Positions 51,982 through 64,000 of a DNA stretch of 64,000 nt are shown here, piece by piece. The stretch comes from Lophium mytilinum (taxonomy: Eukaryota), in assembly GCA_010093605.1 (NCBI GenBank), contig MU004182.1, forward strand, positions 2,217,195-2,281,194. The letters run 5' to 3'. A model generated the notes under the pieces. It was not told the origin of the DNA, did not search any database, and saw only the letters and a program-made list of their open reading frames with translations. Every line of letters begins with the position of its first letter. Positions within the stretch are counted from its first letter, which is position 1. Made by a program: the position numbers and the translations under genes.

Positions 51982-53470
51982 ATGCGTGTCGTCCGCACTG
52001 CCCCATTTCTGCAGCGCTCGAACTTTACTCAACTTCCTCTGCCTGGATTGTTCTGTCGCCGATCCCATATTTCTACGAAGGCCGACTTCGACACAATCGA
52101 AGAGCAAACAACACCCCGGTACAACCAAAGACACTACTATCCCGTCAACATCGGCGACATCTTGAAAGACCAGTACCGGGTCATCGCAAAACTGGGCTAT
52201 GGCGCATACTCTACAGTATGACTTGCGCGGAATGAGAGGTTCGCATCCAACACGCTCATCTTTAGTCGTTATTAAATTTGAGCTAGGTCTATGGAATACA
52301 CCGCCCTCAAGACCTGCATACAAGACGATACAGAGACTTCGCCTATCTTGAATGAAGTCGAGAAGCTTCAGCTACCTGCCAAGGCGCTACAACCCCCTTT
52401 GGTGCCTGGGAGTGAGGATCATGTTGGCCCGCTCTTTACGCGTCTTGCGCGTGACATCTTTGAAATCCAGGGACCAAGTGGCCGTCATTATTGTATCGCT
52501 TTCAAATGCCATGAAAACAGCGTTCGCACGTTGCAAGAAAGATCTCGTGATGCCAAGTTGCCAAAACTTCTAGTGCGATCTGCAGTACATCGCCTTTGTT
52601 CTCCCTGAATTGGCTGCACGCGGTCTGCAGCGTTGTGCACACTGGTATGTGCTTACTTGCAATTCTTCATTAAGCAGTAATCCAACAAATTGAAGATATT
52701 TCGCCGCAAAACGGTTTAATGGCGACCGAGGACGATACCATATTCCATGATATTGAGAGCCAAGAGTCGAAAGATCCGAGTCCACCTCTCGTGAGCGACA
52801 AAGGACCTATTTATCATTCTCACCCAACTATGCTAGAGCTTTCTGGCCATCCTATTCTTACTGATTTTGGGGACATGCGGTTGGTTGAGCCAATGAGCAC
52901 CGATTGGGCTATGCCTGACATATCTCGAGCTCCAGAGGTGCTGCTAAAGCTCCCTTGGACTGACCCCGTTGATATCTGGTCGGTGGGCGTTATGGTCAGA
53001 GATTTGACGCTCGAATTTTCAATTTATTACTAATACCTGTTAACAGACTCTTGAACTTCTTGAAGGAAAGAACCTTTTCGATCCTGTTGATCGTGAGAAT
53101 CACCAATACGTGCTTCCATTAGCACTAGCACAGTACATCGGCTACCTCGGGCCTCCATCACTAGAGATGGCCAAGCGAAGCCCGCTTTTCTCCCAGTATT
53201 TTGATGACCAAGGTAAGCTACCTCTCCTCCATGAGCTTAATTCACTTGTATCGACTTCCAACGTCTGACCACCACCAGGCAGCTAGACCTATGACTTTCC
53301 AATCCCCCAAACATCGTTCGAGGACTTTGCCACAGTCATCCCTCCCGGCGAAGAGAAAAACTTGTTCCTATAGTATTTCCGAAAGCAGCTAACTTGGGAT
53401 CCGGAAGTGAGAGCACAGTCAGCAGACCTTCTCACCGACGAGTGGCTTATGAAGCCCAATGATATCATGG
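51982..53470 (+). pseudogene. SRPK/Sky1-like protein kinase pseudogene
   Basis: YYPVNIGD..KLGYGAYSTV*LAR (TGG>TGA at 52219-52221); LTDFG, RAPEV..W..VDIWSVG; frameshift near 52605; in-frame TAG near 53371. Confidence 0.85.
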
Positions 53471-54283
53471 GGCTCGCGTTTCCATCACAGGAAGAGCCCG
53501 AGCCGGTCTCGTGATTCCCTTGCGTAAGGGACGGCTAGCGGCCGTCACTGTCTCTTCTCTATCCAAAGTTATGCCCGACTCTAGCAGTCCTAGAACATGT
53601 ACCAATAAGAAACTTCTTGCCAAACCTGGATCCTGTGGGGTGACCAAGAAGACGCAGTACGCCTCTCGAGATACACAGTGATGTGCCTTGCTCGAAAGTT
53701 CGTAAAGACATGCCCTGCTCGAAAGCCAGGGATGTCAGTCGCTGTCGGCAAACCGGGCCTCGAGATGATGCCACCGACGTTATGATACTTCTGCGGATTC
53801 CTGTCTTTATACGAGATGCTTTCGATGTGACAATCTTGTGCGCGCCAAGTTGCTTGTCCGGTTTCGAAACGGTTCATCCTCTCACCTAGCATATCCAGCT
53901 CCGAAGTAAGCGGATACCAAGCCACGATTTTTTAGAACCTGCAGCAGTCGATGTTGTGAGAGTACCGTCGTACCTTTCGTGCGCGCCTGTAGTTGGTGTC
54001 CGATGCCGTTGGAGAGGCTACTGTAGCGACACCTATTATTGGTACAAAGCAGCTTGTAAGACTCGTGGCCTGGGATAATCAACCTAAGACACCTTGCTAG
54101 AACTCGAAACTTCGAGCACTTTCATCTAAGAGGAGTAAGCAAAGTTAAGCTGGGTTAAGTAGACCGGAGGAGACCTTAGTTGAAGGCTCAGTCGGGCCAG
54201 AGCCGACCTTGGCCTCAGTAAAACACCGATTTATCACACCCCTCTCCGTCCCAGCTCTTCTCAGCCAAAGAACAAAAAAAGAC

Positions 54284-54529
54284 AAAAAGTAAAGACTTAC
54301 TTATATAGACAGCCCCCAACCTGACTGTCCTAGCGGATCCCATTGAAATCACTTCAGGAACGATCCGCCTCCACTACGAGTAACCATGCAGCCTCTTATC
54401 GAGTGCAATTACATGAAACCCGACACTGACAGCTCCGGGAATCGAACCCGGGCCGTCAGGCAACGTATGGCCTGCACCCACCAGGGTGGACAACCTTTCG
54501 GAAGCTGCTGAATACATTGGAGAGCTGCC
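54284..54529 (-). ncRNA. Putative Pol III structured RNA with a tRNA-like 5' domain (54427-54529)
   Basis: Acceptor stem GGCAGCT/AGCTGTC, T-arm CCGGG-TTCGATT-CCCGG (perfect B box), non-canonical D and anticodon arms, downstream hairpins, T5 and T7 runs. Confidence 0.6.
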
Positions 54530-55317
54530 AAAATTAAATGGTCTTTAAGGGTTTAGGCGAGGTCCTCACAGTAAATCTCACACGTGATGTCTCACCACCA
54601 ACCATGACGTCTCCCCTGGGGATTTCTCTAGTGGGATCGCGGGCCACTTCACCTCACCCAACTCCGTTTCACCTCTAATCTTTACACTTTATCAGCTGTC
54701 TTTTGTATTGAAGGCACTCCCGCGGGCATTTAGAACACGACCAGCTCGCTGTACCTTATCTCACCTCCGACATTTTACCTGTTTTGATCATTGGAGGAAA
54801 TCTAAATCGGTTGGGCCAATTGCGCGTGCCAACGAAACCCATATATCAATCCCCACCGCCGCTTTCCAGCCGGAGATTGCTTGCTCCCTGGTGTTCTGAG
54901 CTGTCTACTTCACTTCCGCCTCTTTCTCCAGTACGAACGTTTCAAAGGAAGACGAATGATGGCATAGAGAATAGAGAGCTCCAATTGGAAACGACTAACC
55001 GTTCTATTCACCTCTCACCTACCCCGACTTACAAATATGCGTCTATAATCTACTACGAACAAAAGAGAAAACTGACGCTGATGCAAGACTATTCTGACTG
55101 GTCGAGCCCAGACCCCTATTGATGCCCCGGAGCCCTCCAAAAAACGCCTCTACCAGCCTATCCCAACCCAGACAAAAGAAATAATGCGTAGGGTATGTAA
55201 ATCATGACCATAGACCTGGCAGCGCGCAACTTCCGAACCCATTACCGTCGACGAACGTAAACATAGATATGCCTCTTAACCTCTCTCTCTAACGCAAAGA
55301 CATGGGGTAGGACGCAC

Positions 55318-56576
55318 TTAAGCACTCGCTACCCCCAATCCCTCGCACAACCTCGCCCGCCACATCCCGCAAACCTCCTCGAAACCGCCGACAACGCCAG
55401 CGCACACTTTCTCCGCTTCCCGCTCGCTGAGCCGCTTCTCCCACCCGCCGCGCTCGATGAACCGCACGCCTTCTTCCCGTGCTTCGTCTTCTTTACGCCA
55501 TTCGCCTACGGCGATTTGGACGCTCTTTAGGCGGCGTGTGGCGACGGCTGTGGCCTGGCGGCTCATGTGTAGTGAATCAGAGAGGTAGGAGAGGGTTTGG
55601 AGGAGGTCGCGGGTCTGGTTTGTGAGTTGGGCGAGGGCGTAGAGGGGTTCGGAAGGGGGTTGAGGGAGGAGTTCCAGGGTCGTGGTTATGAGGGGGAGGA
55701 GGGTGTCGATGGTGTCTGGATCGAGCATGCCGGTGGTGATGGCGAGTGGGGAGAGGAGGGAGGAGGTCAGGGAGGTCAGGGTGCGGGTTTGGTGGGTGAG
55801 GTGGGATCCTAGAGCTGAGTGGGCTGTTGTGAGTCTGTGATAGCGTTAGCATCCGGTATATACGTATAGTGTTCGCGACTGCTAGAAACTTGAACTGTCT
55901 CCAGGAGATTGAAAGACGAAGAAGAGTACACATACCGCGTAGCACCGCTCTCCACCCCCGCCTGACTCCCCAGGTCCCTCAACTGCTCCGTCACCCGTCC
56001 CACAACCCCATCCGCCGCACTCCCATTCATCTCCATGCCCCGCCTGGCCAGACTCTCCACCGCCGCCATACGCGCCTCCAGCCCCGCCGATATCCCCTCG
56101 CTGGTCTCCAGGTCCGAGTCGTCCCCATAGTCGCTCCCATCATACATCGACTCCTTCCGGCGATGTCTGCTATTTCGCAACGCGCGGGCCGGACTCAGAG
56201 TCTTCTCCGCTACCGGCGACGACGCGAGCACGACACCGGAGTCGCGAGGCACGCCGTTGACTCCATTTAGGTGAATTTCGTCGCCATTGACGCTTTGTGC
56301 GAGTGGTTGGTCCTCCTCTTCGTAGCCGTCCCCCTCCTCGCCGTCGTCCCATGCATCGGCCAGTTCGTCTGCGAGACTCCCGAGCCCTTCTCCGCCTCCA
56401 TCTCCACCTACGTCGCCGTAGTCTTGAAAGCCGTGTGACGAGCGGGGCGTTACGGGGCTGTATCCTGCGCCCGAGGAGCGGCGTCGGGAGTGCGTGTTCG
56501 AGTTGATGTCGATGCTGGAGGGGTGGCGGCGGTGTGAGATTGGGCGGCTGGCGGGGGTTCGTGGTGGTGAGGACAT
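55318..56576 (-). CDS. Hypothetical protein with conserved-looking motifs, 2 exons
   Basis: Exon 1 ends at ESGATR with GTATGT donor; exon 2 LTTAHSALGSHL...VVGGFEEVCGMWRARL; GLGSLADELADAW motif. Confidence 0.75.
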
Positions 56577-57480
56577 GGTCGTAAAAGTACAGAGAACAGT
56601 AGAACACGAGTGTACGGGGTAGTTGGGTGTAGATGTGGTTATAAGGACGACGTGACGCGTAAATATATTCTAGATGCGGTACCGCATGCGGAGGTGGATG
56701 AGGTTGGTGACTTCGGCCTGGCTTCCGCGCGCGGAGAGCTTGCCCGGTGGCTATTTTTGGAGACCGAGACGCGGATATTCGTCCGCCTGTAGTTTTGAAG
56801 ATTGCGTATGAGCTTCAGATATGCGAGAGAGTATAGGTGGGTGAGTGTGGTGGGAGAGCAATCTGGTTGGAGCGGAAGTCGGTATGGATGTGTTGTTCAC
56901 CGACCCAAAACGAGACTATATCATCACGCATCCTAGCTCATAACATCGCCCATGTTCTGGGATAATGCTCGATCTTGTTGCATATAGGGGGTGGGCAATT
57001 CTGATCGCCCAAACTAGCCGTGCTTTTACTATCAGAACGGTAATTTTCAGGACTTGGAGACCCTGAAATGATCGCTCAATATTCAAATCTACCCGATTCT
57101 CTTTCCTATCGCTGAATCTTACACCTCTAACACAATCTTCGGGGGGCTAGGGGTATCCTCGCACACAATAGAGACAAACAAGACCAGTATCAATATAAGA
57201 CACCACTTCCAGTGCCTTTGCTTCTCAATCCACCATCACTTTCTTCGTGGTATATCTCTGGAGACATAGTCTCCAGGTGCCTCGCATATGCCCCAAAACG
57301 ACCAGAGCCGCCGCCGTGAATCTCAGAAACTCGCAAAGAAGCCGAAACCCAACCCATCCATTTCAAGCCAAACCAAAGACATGTAAACACACGAACTCCG
57401 GCAATGCCCCAGAAATATGCCTATGCCGCTGAATACGAAATTTTGCGCGTGAACGAGCCACCGAGCGTGTGGCGGTGCTG

Positions 57481-58268
57481 CTAGCCCTTGGAAGCGTCGA
57501 GGGTCTGGAGTTGCTTCTTCAATTGTGTGAAGAAGTCCTGGCCGTTGGGCATCTGGTGACTCATATTACCTGCATTGAGTTCGTCAGTATTTTACTCTAC
57601 ATGATACATATCCGAGAGGGAGAAGTAGTACCTCGCGAGCCCCAAGCACCACTACTCCTCTTCGCGACCGAATCGCCCGCAACCTTATAATGTGCAGATG
57701 GTTGATCTAGTACTATTAGCATTGCCCGCAGTCAGTCACTGCAAAGAGGCGGACTCCATACCTGCAATCGCCTCCTGATACCCTGCCCAATCATTAGCAC
57801 TCGTCGACTTCCCCTCCAGTTCCCAGAGCACCACAGAACCACTCACTCTTCTTCAAGAACTCCTTCACCTCCCCAGAATTGAATTCTTTAACCGGCACAT
57901 GGCTATCCTGCGTGGGCGGCGGCCTCACAGGCGTAGACGCTCCATCGGGTGTCCTCGCCTCCCCTCCTCTCAGTGCACCTCCAGATTTCCCCTTCCCCTC
58001 CACGCCCCACACGTTCCCGGGCACCGCGTTCATCGGCTGGGCGCGTCCATCGCGGGGGGTATTTGCCCCGGAGCGGTTGTCGCCTCGCTGCTGTTGCTGC
58101 TGAGGCTGTAGTTGCTGAGAGGAGCGGCGCCAGTGCCTGTTCATTCTGTTAGAGAGAGCTCGAGATGCAGCAAGCACGGGTGGCGAAAGGGGACAAAGCT
58201 CTAGACAGTTCCAAGTTTAAAAGGCGCAGAGGATTGACCACGTACCTGTTCTCGCCCGTGCCGCTCAT
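57481..58268 (-). CDS. Small multi-exon hypothetical protein
   Basis: MSGTGENR...HVPVKEFNSGEVKEFLK...SSGAWGSR...MPNGQDFFTQLKKQ joined by short GT-AG introns. Confidence 0.65.
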
Positions 58269-58704
58269 GGTGGGCCGGTGTTGGATACAGCGGCGTGAGA
58301 GAGGTGAGGGTGGAGAGTGGAGAGAGGAGGTTTGTACGGATCCTATTAGAGGTAGCTTCGGGAATGCCAAGCCAAGGCGCGTTTGATTGGGCCACGTCAT
58401 GCGAATAGGGAAATTTGGCGGGCAGAATCCATTGAATTATATGTACGAGCTACGTGGTTGGGCAGATTCTTTCTAATTTAATACTTTGGTTTGTTTTGAA
58501 TGTGCTTCATCCAAAGAGTAGGTAGCGGAACAGCTGTTAAGGACCCTTAGGTGGTCCAAAAAAATCTCCAATGCTACATTTGATAAATTTTAATCATTTG
58601 AATTGGTAGTACAAGTCCCGAGATGCCCGCTTCCCGGCCTTTTTCGGTCCCATGGGAATAGCAGTATGCAATACGCCGCTGTCAATGCCTCATTATGCAA
58701 ACAT

Positions 58705-61410
58705 CTACCCAGTGATCGTCCCTTTTGCTTCCCCTTTACCCCTCCCTGAAAATTGGTGGGTGGCCCCATCCTCATAATCTCCTTCACTGTCTCTCTCGTC
58801 GTCTCCAAACTCGTCGCCAGCGTCGCTAATGTAGTCATTGGAGCCATTGACGTCCGCACCGCCATCAGCATCACCATTCGACCTCTTGGGTCGACCTGAG
58901 CTCCTACTATCGCGCTTCTTTTCATACTCTTTATCATCATCGTCCGTGGTGCTGTCGTCCACGAAAACTCTGCTTTGTCGCTTTATCTCCTTCAAAAGAC
59001 TGCCCTGCCTTCTGTGTTTTGGCGAGGCGCCAGTCCGGGCATACAACTCATCCAGTGTTTCTTCCCGTGGTGGGCGCAACTCAAACATAGACGTCGGTCG
59101 GTCGGCATGTCCGTACGGAGAGCTGGCAGCCTGACCTTGAGTTTGGCGGCTGGACTTTCGAGATAGAACGTGAGGACGGTTGCGCTCACGGGTGGGAGGC
59201 GCGATGGCTGACCACCAGCCTGTGATTCGTTTACCGAGGCTTGGGCTTGGTGGTTGTTGGTCATCAGATGCTTTAGGCCGCGAAGCGCTATCTTCGGGTG
59301 ATATTGCGGTGTGCTTGCCTCGATTCGAAGCTTTTGTGAAGGAGAAGCCAAGCGGAAGATCCACGGGAGAGCCAGGACGTGTGCGTGGAGAGTCTGAGGA
59401 AGACGAGGTTGCAGACATGATAGTGTTACCTCTGTCGCGTTTGGATGTGCGGAGAATGCTTTGGAGATCGTCTTCTGATAGAACATTCATGAGAGTTCCG
59501 TCTTGATTCCGAGCAGGTCTGGTTGCGCGGCGGCCTTCTTGGATGAGACGTTCAATCTTGGCACGGTTTGCGATGAACTTGAGCTTTGGGAACGCGGATT
59601 GCTGCCCCACGTGAATCATTCGAGCCAGTCGTTGGGGAGTCGGGTCTGACAAGATATGATAGAAGTCAGACGTGATGGACTTTGGCCAAATCGTTATAGT
59701 ACCGCTGAATCTTTGGAGCCAAATCTCACTCCAGTCTTGTCCCAGAGGCCGCGGCAGCAGCTCAAGATGGCGTAGAACTTTAAGCCACTTCGTCAAGTCT
59801 AGTTTCAAATACTGCTCCGTTGCAGACCCTAGAAAGCCTCCTCGCCAACCTCGTCCACGTCTGTGAGTTACAGGTCGGCCAACAGAGCCGCGTGAAGAGA
59901 AGAAGAAGAGATTAATATGAGGATTGACTTGGCTAACAATACTGAATCGAACATTGAAATGGAGATTCAGTGCCTTTAGGGGGATGTCCGTCCGCAGAGA
60001 TCCGTCTTTCCATTTGTGGCCGAAGGAGTACGGGGCCAACGTGCCGTCCGTGTTCTTCTTCATGAGCACGACTGGGTTCAAGATACCTGGTACTGCGGCG
60101 GATGCTAAGACTGCGGACCAGATGACGCAGTCTGGAGATGTCAGGTAGTTCGCGAGAATGGTCGGAGAATGCGGATCGGAAGGTACGCAAGACACATTCA
60201 GTATTCTCCCAGTTCTGTCATAGGCTTCTCGGAAAGTCATGCTTCCTCGACAGAACCATGAACACCGTTTCGCCCAGTCAACACTGTCAAATCGAGCCCC
60301 CGTTCGGTACCAGCGCATGATCCATGTTAGAGTGCTGTCGTGACAAGCAGTGATACGATGGGCCAGAGCGGGCACTAAAAGCCTTTTGAGTTCGTCGTCT
60401 GTCCTCGTAGCTAAGAGAGCAGCCACAAGAGCTCCACCTGAAGTTCCGGTGATGACCTCCGGCATCAGATTGGCATCCAGAAGGGCTTTCGCCACACCGA
60501 AGTGATAATATGCAAATGTAGCGCCTCCAGATAGACATAGAGCGGTACGTCCAAAATTAGTCCCTAAGTGCTTAAACATGGCCCGCTTGGTATCCTGATC
60601 CAGCAAATCGGTCCGGGAAACGAGCGCCAGCGACGTCTCCAACTCGTCCACAAAGCTCTGGACCAAATTTTTCGTCCCATAGTACGTCTCGCTGTACAGC
60701 CTTGGGTTCTCAAATCCAACGAAATTGTTTTTGACGCATGCTTCGAGAAGGCCTCGGAGTTCCTCTACCGCCTTTTGTGAATCTTGACCAGCCTCAATTC
60801 GAGTCCTCAATTTGACCATCTGATCTTTCACTCTCCGAACGGTTTTGCTGTCATAGTACGCGTACTCGTCCACCTCCTTCCACGTGTCATTGCGGAGGTG
60901 AGCGTCGAGTGCTTTTGAAGCGTTGACCCACTCTTGATATGTGTTTGTGCTCTGCAGATTCTTCCGTAGTCGCTCTCGCCGGCCGCGCCATGTTATCCAG
61001 TGTTCGTAGAGATAGATGTACACTCGCGTGAGCAAGTAAGATATGCCGAGGAATATCAGCCAGCCAAACACAAGGACAAGAAGCGGCCACTTCAGCAACG
61101 TATACACAAAGCCCTCCCGTGTCTCATCTTTGCCTCGCCGCGGCGGCTTCTTCTGCTTCTTCCGTCTCCGAACTCGCTGGTGTATGGGCCGCCAGTCGTT
61201 CAGGGCGGTTATAAACGTCCTAGGCTCGGGTGGAGGGGCGGTCAGATCATCGGTCGAGGGAGAATTCTCCGGGGCAGCGAGGGCCCTCGTGAATTCCTCA
61301 AAGTCTAATTCGTTTATAAAGTCGTCGTCGTAGTCCGGGAGACGGGAGAGGTCGAAGGCGGGGGCGGACCGAGGGCTGGGGCCATCGGTGATTTCCTTGA
61401 CATCAGCCAT
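58705..61410 (-). CDS. Patatin-like phospholipase / triacylglycerol lipase (TGL family)
   Basis: LCLSGGA, GTSGG nucleophile, SAAVPG, WKDGS; N-terminal TM segment; 901-aa single ORF. Confidence 0.93.
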   Translation of the reverse strand: MADVKEITDGPSPRSAPAFDLSRLPDYDDDFINELDFEEFTRALAAPENSPSTDDLTAPPPEPRTFITALNDWRPIHQRVRRRKKQKKPPRRGKDETREGFVYTLLKWPLLVLVFGWLIFLGISYLLTRVYIYLYEHWITWRGRRERLRKNLQSTNTYQEWVNASKALDAHLRNDTWKEVDEYAYYDSKTVRRVKDQMVKLRTRIEAGQDSQKAVEELRGLLEACVKNNFVGFENPRLYSETYYGTKNLVQSFVDELETSLALVSRTDLLDQDTKRAMFKHLGTNFGRTALCLSGGATFAYYHFGVAKALLDANLMPEVITGTSGGALVAALLATRTDDELKRLLVPALAHRITACHDSTLTWIMRWYRTGARFDSVDWAKRCSWFCRGSMTFREAYDRTGRILNVSCVPSDPHSPTILANYLTSPDCVIWSAVLASAAVPGILNPVVLMKKNTDGTLAPYSFGHKWKDGSLRTDIPLKALNLHFNVRFSIVSQVNPHINLFFFSSRGSVGRPVTHRRGRGWRGGFLGSATEQYLKLDLTKWLKVLRHLELLPRPLGQDWSEIWLQRFSGTITIWPKSITSDFYHILSDPTPQRLARMIHVGQQSAFPKLKFIANRAKIERLIQEGRRATRPARNQDGTLMNVLSEDDLQSILRTSKRDRGNTIMSATSSSSDSPRTRPGSPVDLPLGFSFTKASNRGKHTAISPEDSASRPKASDDQQPPSPSLGKRITGWWSAIAPPTRERNRPHVLSRKSSRQTQGQAASSPYGHADRPTSMFELRPPREETLDELYARTGASPKHRRQGSLLKEIKRQSRVFVDDSTTDDDDKEYEKKRDSRSSGRPKRSNGDADGGADVNGSNDYISDAGDEFGDDERDSEGDYEDGATHQFSGRGKGEAKGTITG

Positions 61411-62005
61411 AAGGAGTAGTAGTCTACATGCAGAGCAGCATGTTATGGAGGTCTATGGGTGGCGGGAGTGAGTGCATGCCTTGGTACCATGAGAAGTTGG
61501 TGAGTGTTACGGACCGAGAAGCAGCTCGGCATAGGGACATTGTAGGTACCTGAAATATGAGGTCACTGCCAAGATGTTCCGAACTTCAGTATGCTACACC
61601 GACACACTGGAATAAGAGAATGGCTAGCTGGAAAAATAGAGACAGACATGCTCAAGAAAGGCAGAGCGCCTTTTGCAATTCATTGGGGCTCGTCATGGGT
61701 AGTGGAGGTTGGTAAAATAGTTACGTGGTTTTGCTTATGAACCTTCGTGCCCGATTGCAACCACATCCCGGCCACCGCCTGCAAGATTATGCTGAGCATG
61801 CTAGCTCCCGATGAGATACCTAGAAGCTCAGTCTAACTCTGAAACGTGTTGAATCACCGAAGAAAGCGGGTGTTGCTTCGAGAATGCTGTCTCAGCCCGT
61901 CCTCCCTCCAAAGCTCCCTTGACAAATTCTCACACGCGTCTCTCCAGCACTATCACCAACGCGACCATCAATTCATAGTGAGTCTGCTGTTCTCCCAACG
62001 AGGTT

Positions 62006-63788
62006 ATGTATACTACCGTATCCAAGTGCCCTAAAAAACTAACATGTATGGTAGCATTGGTCTGCCTTCCCATGCATCCCGTATCACGCTTCCTGGCTTT
62101 TCCTCCCAGCATCCGACAAACGCTCTTTAAAACAGCTTCCAAAAGCCTACTTATCCACAATCATCGGACCCTCATAACTCTCGCTATTGAAACATCTTGC
62201 GATGACACAGCCGTAGCTGTCTTAGAGACAAGAACCTCAAGCAGCCGTGATGGCGGCCCGCGCGTGGTCCTACACTTTCACAAGAAGGTAACCTCGAACA
62301 GCTCGGCTTTCAAAGGAGTACATCCACTCGTCGCCCTTGAATCCCATCAAGAATCTTTAGCAGACCTCGTCAATGAAGCGATCCAGGAACTCCCAATAAA
62401 AGGCCCATCGAATGCCAATGGAACAACTATAAACTACGACTTTGGCTCAGAGGGTGGACTAGAAGCCCTGCAGGATGAGATGGAGCAAAGCGATATAAAA
62501 CATCTTCCAAGCGTAGAGCACAAAAGGTGTCCAGATTTCATCGCTGTGACCCGCGGCCCAGGAATGCGCTCCAACCTGTTCACTGGCATCGACACAGCTA
62601 AAGGTCTGGCAGTAGCATGGCAAATACCTTTGGTGGGAGTCCATCACATGCAAGCACATGCTCTCACACCTCGACTTGTGGCTGCTCTCCAGCCCGTGGA
62701 GTCGAGACGTTCCTGGCAAAATCGTGAAACTTACCCCAAGACTCCCGAATTCCCCTTTCTCTCGGTCCTGGTTTCCGGTGGTCATACCCTACTGGTACTA
62801 TCGGAGACGCTTACGGAGCATAGAGTTCTTGCCACAACAGCTGATATAGCCATAGGCCAATTTCTGGACAAGGTTGCTCGTGTAATACTTCCAAAAGAAT
62901 ACCTAGGACGAGCTGAGGGCACTATGTATGGTGCTTTGCTTGAGGAGTTTGCGTTTCCCTCTATCTCCGCGGATGCTATCCCTGAACAGAAAACCAAGAT
63001 GGTCCCATCCGCCAATGTTGTGAAAGACCGTCTATGGCGGCATGGGTATGCAAACTACAAGTCTCCATACAAAATGCAACACACCACTGCAGGAGGTTAC
63101 CTGTTGCGCAAATCTCCAGATCATCACGCCCAGGAATACCACTACAACGCCTCTAGCGACCAGAAGAAGGGTGACTTCAAGCCAATGACTGAGTGGGGCT
63201 GGGGATTTAGTCCACCACTTTCAAACTCGGCCGGAGGCGCAAAGCACAAAAGTTTGGAATTCAGCTTCTCCGGCCTAACAACCGCCGTACAGCGTGCTAT
63301 GAAGTTCTCTTTCGAATCTGGTAGACTTACCGACGTTGAAAGAGATGCAGATTCAATTAGCATTACGGAACGCAGAACCATGGCTCGAGAAGCTATGCGA
63401 GCTGCCTTTGAGCATCTAGCAAGTCGTATTGTGCTCGGACTACAACACATAAAGTTGACAGACCCTAAGCTAGCAAGCCAACTAACGTCTTGCGTCATCA
63501 GTGGAGGCGTAGCGTCAAATGGGTACTTGAGGCATATGTAAGTTGCTTGGTTCTACGTCTCCTAACCAATGCTAAGCTCTTAGACTGGCGAGTAATCTTG
63601 CTACTCACCGCTATCAGAACATGAGCCTTTACTTCCCACCGCCAAGTCTTTGCACGGATAACGCTGCTATGATAGCTTGGGCTGGCATGGAGATGTTTGA
63701 GGCCGGCTTTCAAGACGACTACTCTATTCGCGCTATTCGGAAGTGGCCATTGGAAAACCTGGTTAACGAGCGTCCCATCGGCAACTGA
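62006..63788 (+). CDS. qri7: Mitochondrial tRNA threonylcarbamoyltransferase (Qri7/OSGEPL1)
   Basis: [43 protein letters not shown], intron 63538-63583, [12 protein letters not shown]; start codon uncertain. Confidence 0.92.
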
Positions 63789-64000
63789 GCCGCTCTTTTC
63801 CTCTAGTCTGCTTTACGTCTTGTAGTACTTGGATTAGGGCATGACCGGAGAACACGCCACAAGCTGGTGTTATTCTAATGTGGAAAGAAAATCTGACCGC
63901 CCAATCATTTCATCTATAGGATACACACAACAAACACTGTTCACAGCTCCCATGGGACAAATCGCGCCCAGGGCTAACTTCATTCCCAGCCCAGAAAATG

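Noticed and set aside
53590..54082. Short minus-strand ORFs and a ~24-bp tandem duplication near 53683-53727
   Set aside because: Non-ATG starts and no recognisable family
54427..54529. Canonical (possibly intron-containing) tRNA gene
   Set aside because: No 7-nt anticodon loop with U33, the extra sequence is 5' of the D arm rather than at position 37/38, and there is no adjacent terminator; reported as a tRNA-like RNA instead

Overview
Intron-containing eukaryotic DNA from a filamentous ascomycete (inferred from GT-AG introns with CTRAC-type branch points, a Zn2Cys6 factor and a HET domain). Housekeeping genes (CMK1-type CaM kinase, Med9, iPGM, BCK1 MAPKKK, patatin-type lipase, QRI7) alternate with accessory blocks. 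One block is a flavin-monooxygenase/transporter region at 7-23 kb; another holds a head-to-head HET-domain/membrane-protein pair and a kinase pseudogene at 46-54 kb. Main unexplained signals: (1) a putative ~245-nt Pol III-type RNA with an aberrant tRNA-like 5' domain followed by three hairpins and an oligo-T terminator; (2) five dispersed 68-77 aa 'MC..CxH..C..C..CxxC' microprotein ORFs; (3) the HET/membrane-protein pair; (4) a family of related miniature inverted-repeat elements, one inside an intron; (5) a perfect 21-bp hairpin at a frameshift in a Zn2Cys6 gene. Exon boundaries were read by eye and no database searches were run.
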